This document shows positions 27,350-40,206 of a DNA stretch of 64,000 nucleotides, one piece after another (positions within the stretch are counted from its first letter, which is position 1; the number at the start of each line of letters is the position of its first letter). The stretch is from Octopus sinensis (Eukaryota): positions 41,974,001 to 42,038,000 of the forward strand of contig NC_043000.1 in NCBI RefSeq assembly GCF_006345805.1. Reading direction: 5' to 3'. Made by a program: the position numbers and the translations under genes. The notes beneath the pieces were generated by a model. The model saw nothing but the letters and a program-made list of their open reading frames with translations. It was not told where the DNA came from and ran no database searches.

Positions 27350-27745
27350 TCTTTACTCTTTTACTCTTTTACTTGTTTCAGTCATTTGACTGCGGCCATG
27401 CTGGAGCACCGCCTTTAATCGAGCAACTCGACCCCGGGACTTATTCTTTTGTAAGCCCAGTACTTATTCTATCGGTCTCTTTTTGCCGAACCGCTAAGTA
27501 ACGGGGACATAAACACACCAGCATCGGTTGTCAAGCAATGCTAGGGCGACAAACACACACATACACATATATACATATATACGACGGGCTTCTTTCAGTT
27601 TCCGTCTACCAAATCCACTCACAAGGCTTTGGTCGGCCCGAGACTATAGTAGAAGACGCTTGCCCAAGGTGCCACGCAGTGGGACTGAACCCGGAACCAT
27701 GTGCTTGGTAAACAAGCTACTTACCACACAGCCACTCCTGCGCCT
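27350..27745 (-). mobile_element. SINE family B, full length, CpG-intact
   Basis: Near-consensus copy. Confidence 0.9.
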
Positions 27746-28526
27746 TCATTGAATTTACATATGGAAATGAAGGAAACAAGGTTTGATCAGAGGTTACTCT
27801 CCTTTGTGAGTCGTCGGAATAAAAAAAGAAGAAAACGGCTACTAATGTTTCACTCTCAAAAGCAAGAATAGATATATGATAAAAGGATGAAGATGAGGAC
27901 GAGAAAACTGGATGAAGAGAGATTTTAGTAAAATTCTCTTCAGTCAGTAAAACATTTAATTCTGTTGTGAACGTCTTCCGATTTATTGAATGCAGTTTAT
28001 TCCAATATATGAAACTATTCATCTTTGAAGATAGATAAAGTATTTAACAAAAACTCTTGTGATGTACGGCGCGAAAATACCTTAAGCTAAGCCTGAAAGC
28101 AATGATGTCATAAAATAATCATCCATAACTTGTAGTAAGCAACATTTATTAAACGTTATTACTGTTATTACCGTTATTACTGTTATTTCTATATTTTCTG
28201 CAAACAAAATGCACAAAAATGCTACACGTTTGCATTATGTTATATATACAATGATAATAAAGGACGTTACCGTATAGTTTTACAAACCAAGGACCTTATA
28301 TAGACCTCCTTGACTCAAGTTAGAGAAGGGGTGCGTATCATACACAAGGTTTAGGTTTTTCAGAGGTACAGCCCCCTAAAACTCCCCTGCGTATTACACT
28401 CAAGAGCGGACTATACTCGAGGATTTACGGTAAGTCTCCTGTTTGCTAGGTAAATATATTATTTTACTCTAAAATATTTGTTGATGTACAACAAGCGGGA
28501 AATTAAAAGCAGAAAAGATTTTTTAT

Positions 28527-28903
28527 AGGTGCAGGCGTAGCTGTGTAGTAAGAAGATTGCTTACCAACCATATAGTTCCGGTTTCAGTCTCACTACGTGG
28601 CACCTTGGGCAATTGTTTTCTACTATAGCCTCGGATTGACCAAAGCCTTGTGAGTAAATTTAGTAGATGGAAACTGAAAGAAGCCCGTCGTATGCGTGTG
28701 TGTATTTATCCCGCGATCACCGCTTGACAACAGGCGTTGGTGTGTTTCCGTCTCCGTAACTTAGCGGTTCGGCAAAAGAGACCGGTAGAATAAGAACTAG
28801 GCTTAAAAAATAAGTCCTGGGGGTCGATTTATTCGACTAAAACCCTTCAAGGCGCAGCTCCAGCATAGCCGCAGTCAAATGACTAAAACAAAAGAATAAA
28901 ATA
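28527..28903 (+). mobile_element. SINE family B, plus orientation
   Basis: Head gtgcaggcgtagctgtgtagtaag through tail gcagtcaaatgactaaaac. Confidence 0.85.
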
Positions 28904-28914
28904 ATTTATTATCT

Positions 28915-29660
28915 GCAGCCATGCTGGGACACCACCTTGAAGAGTTTGTTGTCGTACAGATCAAGACCAGGAATTACTTTTAAGTCAAGTACGTATTCCA
29001 TCACTCTCTTTTGCCGAACCACAAATTAACGGGGACGTTAACAAACCAACTCCGGTTGTTAAGCGGTAGTGGGGATAAACACAAACAGAAAGACACTCAC
29101 ACGCACATACATGCACACACACCAACACGCGTATATACGACGGGCTTTCACAGTTCCCGTTAAACAAATTCACTCACAAAGCATTTGTCGTTCCGGGACT
29201 ATACTCTTCTACTTGTTTCAGTCATTAGACTGCGGTGATGCTGGAGCACCGCCTTCAGTCGAGCAAATCTACCCCAGGACTTATTCCTTGTAAGCCTAGT
29301 ACTTATTCTATCGGTCTCTTTTGCCGAACCGCTAAGTTACGGGGACGTAAACACACCAGCATCGGTTGTCAAGCGATGTTGGGGGAACAAACACAGATGC
29401 ACAAACACACACATATATATATACATATATACGACGGGCTTCTTTCAGTTTCCGTCTACCAAATCCATTCACAAAGCTTTGGTTCGCCCGAGGCAATAGT
29501 CGAAGATACTTGCCCAGTGGGACTGAACCCAGAACCATGTGGTTGGTAAGCAAGCTACTTACCAAACAGCCACTCCTACGACTATAGTAGAAAAAAACTT
29601 AGCCAAGGTGCTGCGGAGAGTGACTGAACCCGAAACCATATGATTATAAAGTAAACTTCT
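28915..29660 (-). mobile_element. nested/adjacent SINE family B copies
   Basis: Partial 28915-29190, full 29205-29582 and an extra head fragment to about 29660. Confidence 0.8.
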
Positions 29661-30024
29661 TAACCACACTGCAATACCTGGAAACATTCTTTATAGGGAT
29701 AAGCATAATTCACTGAAATTTATCGTTTCTACATCTATGAGGAAGGTTTGGCAGAGATACTTCGCAGAAATGTTACGTTAATATCATGGACAAATTTTAA
29801 GTTCAAATTCCGCCGAGGTTGACTTTGCATTTTATCCTTTCAGGGTCGATAAAATAAGTACCAGCTGAGCACTGGGGTCGATTTAATCAACTTATCCCCA
29901 CCCCGGAATTCTGGGCCTAGAGCAAAAAATGTAAGCCATTATTGTAGACAAATTTATTATTAAAAAAGCACTCCAATTAATATTCATTGTGTGTGTATGT
30001 GTATAATCATTAATTAATAGCGAC

Positions 30025-30475
30025 TGGGCGACGAGTTGGCAGAATCGTTAACACACCGGGTGAAATTCTTAGCGGTCTTTATGCTCTGAGTTCAAATTCC
30101 ACTGAAGTCGACTTTGACTTTCTTCCTTTCGGGGCCGATAAATTAAGTACCAGTTGCGTACTGGGGTCGATCTAATCATCTGGTCCTCTCCCCACAAATT
30201 TCAGGTCTTGTGCCTATGATAAAAAGGATTAATTAATAATAACAGAAGCTGTATTAATATCGATTTCAAACTTAGCTACAAGGTCGACAATTTAGGGGAA
30301 GAGGTAAGTCAATTACTTCGACCTCAGTACTCAGCTGGTACTTATTTTATCGACTACAAAATGACGAAAGGTATTGTCGACCTTGGCGGGATTTGAACTC
30401 AGAAAGTAAAGAAGGATGAAATGCTGCCTAACATTTTGTCTGGTGCGGTGATGATTCTACCAGCTCATCGCCTTA
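30025..30475. mobile_element. tail-to-tail inverted pair of SINE family A
   Basis: Plus copy 30025-30230, minus copy 30260-30475. Confidence 0.8.
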
Positions 30476-30633
30476 GAGTCAGTATTAAACTTAAAGGTAA
30501 TTGCCAAATTACGAAATTTTGACCTTCCTTGGTTTTGTCAGTGATTGACGTCCGGCTATGCAACGGCGGCTGAATAGACACTGAGATGATATATATCACT
30601 GACGGGGGAATCGGCTGCTGTGACTAGTAAGAC

Positions 30634-30684
30634 GGCTGTCACTGACAAGGCCAAGTAAGGCCGAAATCACGTGAACTGACAGTT
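30634..30684 (+). ncRNA. type I hammerhead-ribozyme-like motif (degenerate), with inverted copy at 30501-30552
   Basis: ggctgtca-CTGACAA-GGCC aagtaa GGCC-GAAA-tcacgtga-A-C-tgacagtt: 8-bp stem I, 4-bp stem II and palindromic stem III. Core deviations are G8A and U16.1A. Confidence 0.7.
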
Positions 30685-30821
30685 CCGGCAGCCGTAGATG
30701 GTACTCACCCGTCAGCAATATAAACACGAGTGCTTTTATGTACTACAAGTCCATATGAGAGGTCCTCTCATATTAAATAACGCGGTATTTTGTATTCAAA
30801 TACAGCATTCATTTTAATGGG

Positions 30822-30869
<48 letters not shown>

Positions 30870-31345
30870 TTATTTATTTATTTATATAATTTGATCTCGA
30901 AGTATAATATAAAGTTATTCATAATAGTTTAAAATTTTGGAACATGCTATCAGTTTTCAAGAGGAGGGGAAGTCGATTACATAGACCAATGTTCTCAACT
31001 GGTACATGTTATATCGACTCCGAAAGGATAAAAGTCAAAGTCGATCTTGGCAGAATTTGAACTCAGAACGTAGAAGAAAAGCCGCTGAGCATTATATATT
31101 ATATACAGAGATACTCGGCCTTGCTCGAGATTAAAATGCCATAGTTTTCTTTTATTGTTTTACTTGTTTCAGTCATGAAATTGCGGCTATGCTGGAGCAC
31201 CGCCGCTGGTCGAGCAAATGGACCACAGGATTTATCCTTTATAAGCCTAGTACTTATTCTATCAGTGTCTTTTACCGAACTGCTAAGTTATAGGAATGTA
31301 AACACAGTAACATCGTTTGTCAAGCAATGGTGGGTGTACAAACAC

Positions 31346-31385
<40 letters not shown>

Positions 31386-31433
31386 ATATATATATATAAT
31401 AATATATATATATATAATATATATAATATATAT

Positions 31434-31862
31434 AATTATAAACAAGAGGGGAACAAAAAATATTTCTATGCCAATATGCTGAGAATAGACTTTAAATCGT
31501 CAGTCAACACATACAGTATACATTCACTAGGCTTGCTAAAGGATTTTATATCTAGATATAACTGGGGTACTTATGTGTACACATGACGCTTACTTCTGCT
31601 TTTTTCCATGGGTGCTTGTAAGTATTTCATTTATTTTTTATCGTATTCTCTATTGAAGAGGGGAAAATCCGTTGCATTAATCGCGAAATTGATTCAATCT
31701 AGAGATAACGAATTTTTAAAAGAATTATGTTGGCTTGACTTCCTCTATTTCAGCACGACGTGTATTCATAGTGAATTTATATTGCATGTGGTGATTGACG
31801 ATTTAAAGTCTATTCTCAGCATATTGGCATAGAAATTTTTTTTTTTTGCCCTGTTTATAATT
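31434..31862. mobile_element. MITE-like element with ~80-bp terminal inverted repeats
   Basis: tttctatgccaatatgctgagaatagactttaaatcgtca at about 31461-31500 recurs exactly as its reverse complement at about 31794-31836. Confidence 0.7.
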
Positions 31863-32075
31863 GTTTATAATTTTCACTCTTTAACGGTATTTTAATATGC
31901 TGGCCATTTTGATCGAATGATTTGGAAAAACATTTTAATCTATATTCGAAGTATATACATATATATATATATATACATTATATATACTTACGTATATATT
32001 ATACATATATATAATATACATATATATATAGATATATACATATATATACTTACGTATTATATATACATATATATA

Positions 32076-32815
32076 TGGGAGTAATTGTGGACAACAACGT
32101 AAGCTGGGCCACTCATATAAACACCAAAGTTGACATGGCCCGCAGAAGTGTTCCTGGATTCTCAGAACTTCCAGTCGAGAGATATCCACACCATTATCCT
32201 TCTCTTCTCCACTTTTGCCCGACCCACCTTGAATACTGTTGTCCACTGTGGTCTCCCCACACCATACAAGGTATCAAAAAGTCGAAGCACCTCAAAGGCA
32301 ACACAAAAAGATAGATGGCATGACGGCCATCGACTATTGGGGTCGACTAGAAAAGCTAAAACTCTATTCTCTCCACGTCGTCGTGAGCGCTACATCATCT
32401 GCATGATGTGGAAATATTCCATCAGCATTGCCAAATGATGTTGGCATCACCTTTAAGGTACACCCCAGGCTTGGGCCCCGTGCCATCCGCCCAAAACAAA
32501 AATCGCACTCTCATCTCATAACAACATACGGCACAATTATTTCACCTCAATTGGCCCCGCTCTCTTTAACATTACACCAAACAACTTAAACAGAAAACTG
32601 ACCCTATAGGGTTCAAGAGTCTTTGGACATATTCCTTTCAAGAAATCCCGGATAAACCCCTACAAAAACCCGTATATGTCTCTGTAAACAATAACTCTCT
32701 ACTGAGTGGGCCATAGTGCCCAAATTCTGACTTGAAGACTTCACCAGGTGGTGCTATTAAGTTAGACATTGCCTGGGCCAATAATGGCCGAAACCTATCA
32801 AAGTTCAAAGTATAT
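32076..32815 (+). mobile_element. CR1-clade LINE 3' fragment
   Basis: GVIVDNNVSWATHINTKVDMARR...HLEYCCPLWSPHT...LEKLKLYSL.RRRERY (frameshifted), followed by a 3' UTR and (TA)n. Confidence 0.88.
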
Positions 32816-34098
32816 ATATATACATAATATATATACATATATATATATATATATGTATATACATATATATACATATATATACATATATATATATATACAT
32901 ATATATATATACATATATATACATATGTTATATATATATATGTATATATATATATATGTATATATATGTATATATATAATATGTATATATATATATGTAT
33001 ATATATATATGTATATGTATATATGTATATATATATGGATATATATATGTATATATATATATGTATATGTATATATTTATATCTATATATTTATATGTAT
33101 ATGTATATATGTATGTGTATATATGTATGTGTATGTATATATGTATGTGTATGTATATATGTATGTGTATGTATATATATATGTGTATTTATATGTATAT
33201 GTATATATGTATGTGTATTTATATGTATATGTATATATGTATGTGTATTTATATGTATATGTATATATGTATGTGTATTTATATGTATATGTATATATGT
33301 ATGTGTATTTATATGTATATGTATATATGTATGTGTATATATGTATGTGTATGTATATATATGTGTATTTATGTATATATATATATGTATATGTATATAC
33401 GCATATATATGTATGTATATGTATATACGCATATATATGTATGTATATGTATATATGTATATATATATATGTATATATATATATACATATGTACACGCAT
33501 ATATATATATATATACATATATATATAATATATATTATATAGATATATAATATATATATACATATACATATAATATATATATATATACATATATAATATA
33601 TACATACATATACATATATAATATACATATACATATATAATATATATGTACATATACATATATGATATATAATATACCTATACATATACATACATAAACA
33701 TGTATATATACATACATATACGTGTATCTATACATACATATACATACATATACATATACATACATATACATATACATACATATACATATACATATATACA
33801 TATATATATAAACATATACATATATACATATACATATATACATATACATATATACATATATACATATACATATATACATATATATACATATATACATATA
33901 TACATATGTACATATATACATATATACATGTATATAATATATATACATATATATATATACATATATATATATACATATATATACATACATATATATATAT
34001 ACATATATATACATATATATATATACATATATATACATATATATATATCTATACATATTTATATATACATATATATATACATATATACATATATATAT
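32813..34098. repeat. ~1.3-kb AT/ATGT/ATAC microsatellite complex with a 30-bp minisatellite (atgtgtatttatatgtatatgtatatatgt, about 5 copies, 33181-33330)
   Basis: Direct reading. Confidence 0.95.
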
Positions 34099-34244
34099 GT
34101 TGCTCGGGATGAAAATGGTATAGTTTTTTATTCTTTTACTTGCTTCAGTCATTTGACTGTGGCCGTGCTGGAGCACTACCTTTCGTCAAACAGAAAGAAA
34201 GAACAAGAGGGTGAGAGAGAATATATGCAAGAAACAGAGAATGA

Positions 34245-34485
34245 GAAAAGGGAAAGAATCGGTTGAAAACTTCTGTTTTAAGAGAAAAACCTGTGTAAAA
34301 CACCTTTCCCCCACCCCAATTTTTCGCTTTACGCAGGAGCTCTGGGCAAATGTTATAGTGCATGACCATCTTAGGTACATAGATAATGTGTGTGCAAAGT
34401 TTGGTGAAAATTGGTTGAAAACTGTAGAAATGCATACTTAGTACACACACAGTGACCTCCTTTGTTTTATATATATATAAATTGC
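34245..34485 (-). mobile_element. Helitron/Helentron-like non-autonomous fragment
   Basis: Minus strand begins atatatataaaac...gtgtgtgt...cagttttcaaccaattttcaccaaactttgcac. Confidence 0.45.
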
Positions 34486-34908
34486 TGACCTCAAATGAAT
34501 TCATGAACTTTTGAGAGAATGTGGAATATTTTTCTATCCAAGAGGGTATTTAAAACCAATATTTATATGCTATGCTACTGATCATATTTTATAAGGCGTT
34601 GAACTAGCAGAGTCGTCACTGCACCGGATAAAATACTCAGCTACATTTCTTCTGGATTTACGTCCTGTGTTCAAATTCCGCTGATACCGACGTTACCTTT
34701 CATCCTTTCGAGGTCGGTAAAATAAGTATAAACTGAGCGCAGGAGTCGATGTAATCGACTTCCCCTTCCCTCAAAAACTGATAGCCTCGTTCCAAAATTT
34801 GAAACCATTATTCATAGCTTCATATGTACCTCGAGATCCAGTTACCCCCACAAGAATGTTATGTACATACATACATACATACATACATACATACATACAT
34901 ACATACAT

Positions 34909-34965
<57 letters not shown>

Positions 34966-36110
34966 GACACGCACACACTCGAATGCATGCATTTACTTAG
35001 CTTTATATTTTCCTTGTTTTCAACAAACCATGGCGATCTTGCTATGTTATCTCTGCAAAAATCGCTTGACGGCGCACACCAACTGAAACAAGGGATCTAC
35101 TATTAACTTGGCTGGCTGTGCCGGGTTCATTGACTTGACTGGTTGGCTGCACCCTAGCTGATTCTTTCTAGGGCATTCACCTTTGTCGCACTGCGCTCAC
35201 CATCAAGGCTGTTGTCAGCGTCAGTGTCAGAAGTCGCACCCAATTATATTATGAAACTGAATCACCCACTGCTGACCCGACGGTATTATATAAAAGTTAG
35301 AGCCTTGCATTATATTTCGTGTGTGCAGGGTTGGGTGGGGAAATGTTGTTTGTTTGTTGTTGAAACTGAGGCAGGTGTTGTTTGTTTTTTTATATTTGTC
35401 ATTTTAGTCAAAAGGAAAGACATAGCTCCATGATCTGTTTTGTAGGGCCTCTGCGACTACTGGGAAGGAAGGAGGAAGATTTTCGATTTCGCAAGCCTGG
35501 CTTCGCGCACTTGCAACAGAATGAACTCTGCTAAATGCAACCAAGGTGTCAGATGGTGGTGTTAAACCGGGCGTCGTATTAAGTTTTTCCCACCTACCTA
35601 CGTTTTTATGGTACCACCAATCAACAGTCTTGGATAGGTATTTTCTGGTTTTTTTATCGACCACATCAAAAAGGAAAAGCAAAGATCTTGGTGGGATTTG
35701 AGCTTAGAGCGAAAAAATGTAGAACAAATAGCTCGAAAGTCTGTTCTTGTTGTTGGGGTAGGGGTGAGTGGCAGTACTGTTTTTTTTTCTGTTATGGTGA
35801 TGTTGGTAGGGATGATAGTGATGGCGGTAGCGATGTTGTTACTTTTGTCGTTGATGGTGTTGACATTGTTGTTGCTATTGTTGTTACTGATGCTGTATTC
35901 GCAGGGACAGGGGTCATTGTAACCGTTTTCTATTCATGTAAAAAGTAAGAGATAAAAAAAATAAACGAAACGATAACGAAAATGGGAGTGGGAGGAGAAA
36001 ACGGTAAGAAGAAAATGATGATGGTGAAGAGGAGGTGGAGGAGGAGGAAAAGGAGAAGAGGGATGAGGGGAAAGGAAGAGAAGGCTGGTGAGGAGGGAGT
36101 AGAAAAGTAG

Positions 36111-36112
<2 letters not shown>

Positions 36113-36141
<29 letters not shown>

Positions 36142-36210
36142 AAGAAGAAGAAGAAGAAGAAGAAGAAGAAGAAGAAGAAGAAGAAGAAGAAGAAAAGAAG
36201 AAGAAGAAGA
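36113..36210. repeat. (GAA)n tract within a ~600-bp purine-rich low-complexity region (35930-36520)
   Basis: Direct reading. Confidence 0.95.
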
Positions 36211-36607
36211 AACAACAACAAAAGCAATAAGAACAGCAACCACAATCACAACAACGTCATTAACACCAAAGAAGAGAGGGGGAAAGGACAAGGAGTGAGA
36301 GGCAAAGCAGAAGAAAAGAAATGAATAAGAAAGTGGGAGGGGCAAACAAGAAAGCACCAAATAAGAGGAAAAGCCTTTTTCTCGACTGGTGATGCCGTCT
36401 GATTATCATAATGAAGAGGAGACGTGGGAGGAGGATAAAACCACCGAGAAAGAATAGGGTTGCAGGAGTAAAGGAAGGGGTAACACGAAGGGAGTAAGGA
36501 CTGGAAGGGGAATGCACGGTTGCATAGTGTTGGTTGCAATTTGCTTCGTTCATTCTTTAACAAGTCGCTACTTAAATGTTCGGCTTGTATTGTGGCGAAA
36601 ATATATA

Positions 36608-36644
<37 letters not shown>

Positions 36645-36896
36645 GAAGAAAAGATCCTTTGTCGTTATCAAGTCGCTAAAGGCTGAGAGGGATGGCATGG
36701 TTCGCATTTTCTGATTGCATGGTGAATGTGGTGGTGGTGGTGGTAGTGATGGTGATAATTATGAAAAAAAAAACGGAGAAGGCGGTGGAGGCAGAGAGAG
36801 AAAGGGGGAAGACATCGATGATGGCAGCAATGGTGATGAGTGAAGATTATTATTACGTTTAAGGCAATCACAACTGCAAACACTTTATATATGGAT

Positions 36897-37333
36897 ATAC
36901 TCTTTTACTCTTTTACTCTTTTACTTGTTTCAGTCATCTGACTGCGGCCATGCTGGAGCACCCCCATCAGTCGAGCAAATCGACCCCGGGACTTATTCTT
37001 TGTAAGCCCAGTACTTATTCTATCGGTCTCTTTTTTGCCGAACCGCTAAGTGACGGAGACGTAAACACACCAGCATCGGTTGTCAAGCAATGCTAGGGGG
37101 ACAAACACACACACACAAACACACATACACAAACACACACACACATACACATATATACATATATATACATATATACGACAGGCTTCTTTCAGTTTCCGTC
37201 TACCAAATCCACTCACAAGGCATTGGTCGGCCCGGGGCTATAGCAGAAGACACTTGCCCAAGATGCTACGCAGTGGGACTGAACCCAGACCATGTGGTAG
37301 GTTAGCAGCTACTTACCGCACAGCCACTCCTAT
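36897..37333 (-). mobile_element. SINE family B, full length
   Basis: Near-consensus copy. Confidence 0.9.
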
Positions 37334-37757
37334 GTACTATATTTATCTATCTATCAAACAAACTCTCATACAAGCAATATGGACTAAAAACTCCTTAAGA
37401 AAACTCGAAATTTCAATGTCATGATTAGCGAAACACGAAACCAGTAGACTATCATGATATTCTATCCTTTAAAATATATTTAAAATATGCAAATTATGCC
37501 TTATGCCTATAGTAGAAAAGGATACTTATTTTATGGACCCTGAAATATTATATATATTATAGCCGTGTCCGCAATTTCCATGTTATTTTCTTTCCTCATC
37601 AAAATTAAGCTAGTTTTTTCTAGTTATTGCTGTAGATCTCGAAGTAGCTCCGAGCACACTCACGATCACTGCCATTCCAACGTGACTATCCCATCAGTTT
37701 TATATCAAAGATCACATTCTCCTGTATCTCCCTTTATTTATTTATTTATCTATTCAT

Positions 37758-37788
<31 letters not shown>

Positions 37789-38614
37789 TTGGAATGACTG
37801 TGTGATTTGAGGGAGTTTTACCTAATATTTCTACTAGTTCGAGTGATCTCCTTCCCAGGGAATTTCAATTACAGTGTTCCTACTAAGATGTCTGTCTGCA
37901 CATATTGTATGCTGGTTCGAGCCATGTAGAGACGGATGAGTTACTTCGACCTGTCCTCTATATGAAAGCGTGAGACACTATCTGTTGTGATTACTATTTT
38001 ATTCTTTTATTTGTTTCAGAACTGCAGTCATGCTGAGGCACTGCCTTGAAGGAGTTCATCGAATAAACCAACCCATCTCCGTATTCAGGATGGAGAGGCC
38101 CATCTCTCCACTCTTAAGATGGAGGCCGGATCTACATTATGTTTATATGCTTCCACTACTGGTTGCATATCCTTGACGTTTTGCGAACTACATCTTCCAA
38201 AATTATGAAGTAATTCCGTCCCCCCAGAAATAATCGTCGGACTTGTAACACCATACCTTCTCCCCTTAATCTTCTATGTCTTTGTACACCGTGTAAGCTT
38301 GCTCTGTTAACACTTAAATATCTATATATTTACTCATGAATATACATCACGTCTGAATATTTCCAGCATCTAGTTTCTCTATATTTACATGTGTATATAT
38401 GCATGTATATTTTGTATGTTTAGACCAAGTGGTTTCATTTGTTTATTTACATCATTGTCTCTATATCTCTGCTCACCTGGATTCCTCAATAGTCACTCTT
38501 TACGCTGTGGACTTAGACATCATCAAAGATTTCGGAGTGTAAGCTCAAATCATTGGAGCGTTACTAAGTGCTTTCTATACTGAGCATCTCTGGATCTCAT
38601 CTGTTGACTATATG

Positions 38615-38840
38615 TGGCGAGCTGGCAGAACCGTTAAGCACGCCGGGCGAAATGCGTAGCCGTATTTCGTCTGCCGCTACGTTTTGAGTTCAAATTCCGC
38701 CGAGGTCGACTTTGCCTTTCATCCCTTTCGGGGTCGATAAATTAAGTACCAGTTACGCATTGGGGTCCATATAATCGACTTAATCTGTCTGTCATTGTTT
38801 GTTCCCTCTATGTTTAGCTCTTTGTGGGTAGTAAAGAAAC
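38615..38840 (+). mobile_element. SINE family A, full length (tail type 1)
   Basis: ggcgagctggcagaaccgttaag ... gtgggtagtaaagaaac. Confidence 0.9.
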
Positions 38841-39062
38841 ATGTATGTATGTATGTATGTATGTATGTATGTATGTATTTGAAGGCTCCTCGTCAGTGCA
38901 TCAATGTTAGAAATGAATGTTCGTATGTAATTTTCCCTCTCTTGAAGTGTTTGGAGAAACAGATTCAGTGAAGTGACAGAAGAAATACTTCACCGAATCT
39001 AGTAGTAATCAGAACTTAAATTATGCACTAGGATTCTTCGTTACTGCCCTGTTGTCACACAG

Positions 39063-39110
<48 letters not shown>

Positions 39111-39837
39111 CGAAATGGTTCAATGTTAGGCAGTGTTTGAAAGTCTTAAACTGGAGACTTCTGTGGAAAAAATCATATTTAGTTTGAAAATAATTCTTAA
39201 TTATTTGCATAACTTTTGCTGAATTTATTTTTCTTAATATCAAGGATTCTAAAAGCGATGAGCTGTCAGAATCATTATCACGCCAGGCAAAATGCTTAGC
39301 GGCATATCATCCGTCTTTACGTTCTTGTTTCAAATTCCGCCGAGGTCGACTTTGCCTTTCATCCTTTCGGAGTCGATAAAATAAGTACCAGTTAAGTACT
39401 GGGGTTGATGTAATCGACTTACCCGCTCCCCAGAACTTGCTGGCCTTGTGCCAACATTTAAAATCCAGGATGCTAAGGTTTCTTAATCTTATGTAATATA
39501 TCACATAATATTGCATCGTGTATTTAATAACTTTTTCTTATTACTTATATGCGTATGTATAAGAATATCAGGACGTTGGACTGTCAAAAAAGGGAATACA
39601 AAAACAAGATTAACAGGAGGAAACGGTTACAGGATGCACAACGAATTATTGTTCATCCATCCGAGTAGCGTAGCTGGTATGGGATGAGGGAGCGATGGTG
39701 AGCGAGGGAAGCGATCCCTGCGCAATACTTTTAAAGGGGCGGCACTTTTTCTTCTGTTCAACAAGCCTATAATAGTGGTGGTGGTGTGTGTAGGAGTGAC
39801 TGGAAACTCAAGGGCTACTCCAGACGGCACGCGAAAA

Positions 39838-40206
39838 TTTTCCCACAAGAGTTCCGGACCCCAGTAATGAACTCATTTGCATACAGCCAACCAGAGCTCA
39901 CTTTGACCTTGTTGTCAAGTTAACAAAGGCTGTTGCTGGTGGCAGAAACCGCCTTGGTGCTAGCAGACCGTTGAAGGATTGTTTGAAAAGTGTGAAAGGA
40001 AAGGTGCCGTTCAGCTTTCAGATTCTGCCTAACAAGAATAACAAGAATTATTAGAGGAGAAAAGTAGCATGGTCATTCCTTACCCAAGTCACCTTATCTT
40101 ATTGCCCATCACTTGTTATGCGCTCAAACATTAGTTTGATAGTTGAGCTTTGATTGGCTATACGCAAATGAGTTCGTTACTGGGGTCCGGATCTCTCGTG
40201 GGAAAA
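39838..40206. promoter_or_regulatory. 63-bp inverted repeat pair carrying CCAAT, octamer and CSL/E2F-like motifs (promoter module or MITE)
   Basis: Arms 39838-39900 and 40144-40206, 56/63 identical, ungapped. ATTTGCAT at 39875-39882, ATTGG at 40153-40157, CGTGGGAA at 40197-40204. Confidence 0.5.

Noticed and set aside
39872-39884. H2B-type octamer suggesting a histone gene pair
   Set aside because: No histone ORF on either side.
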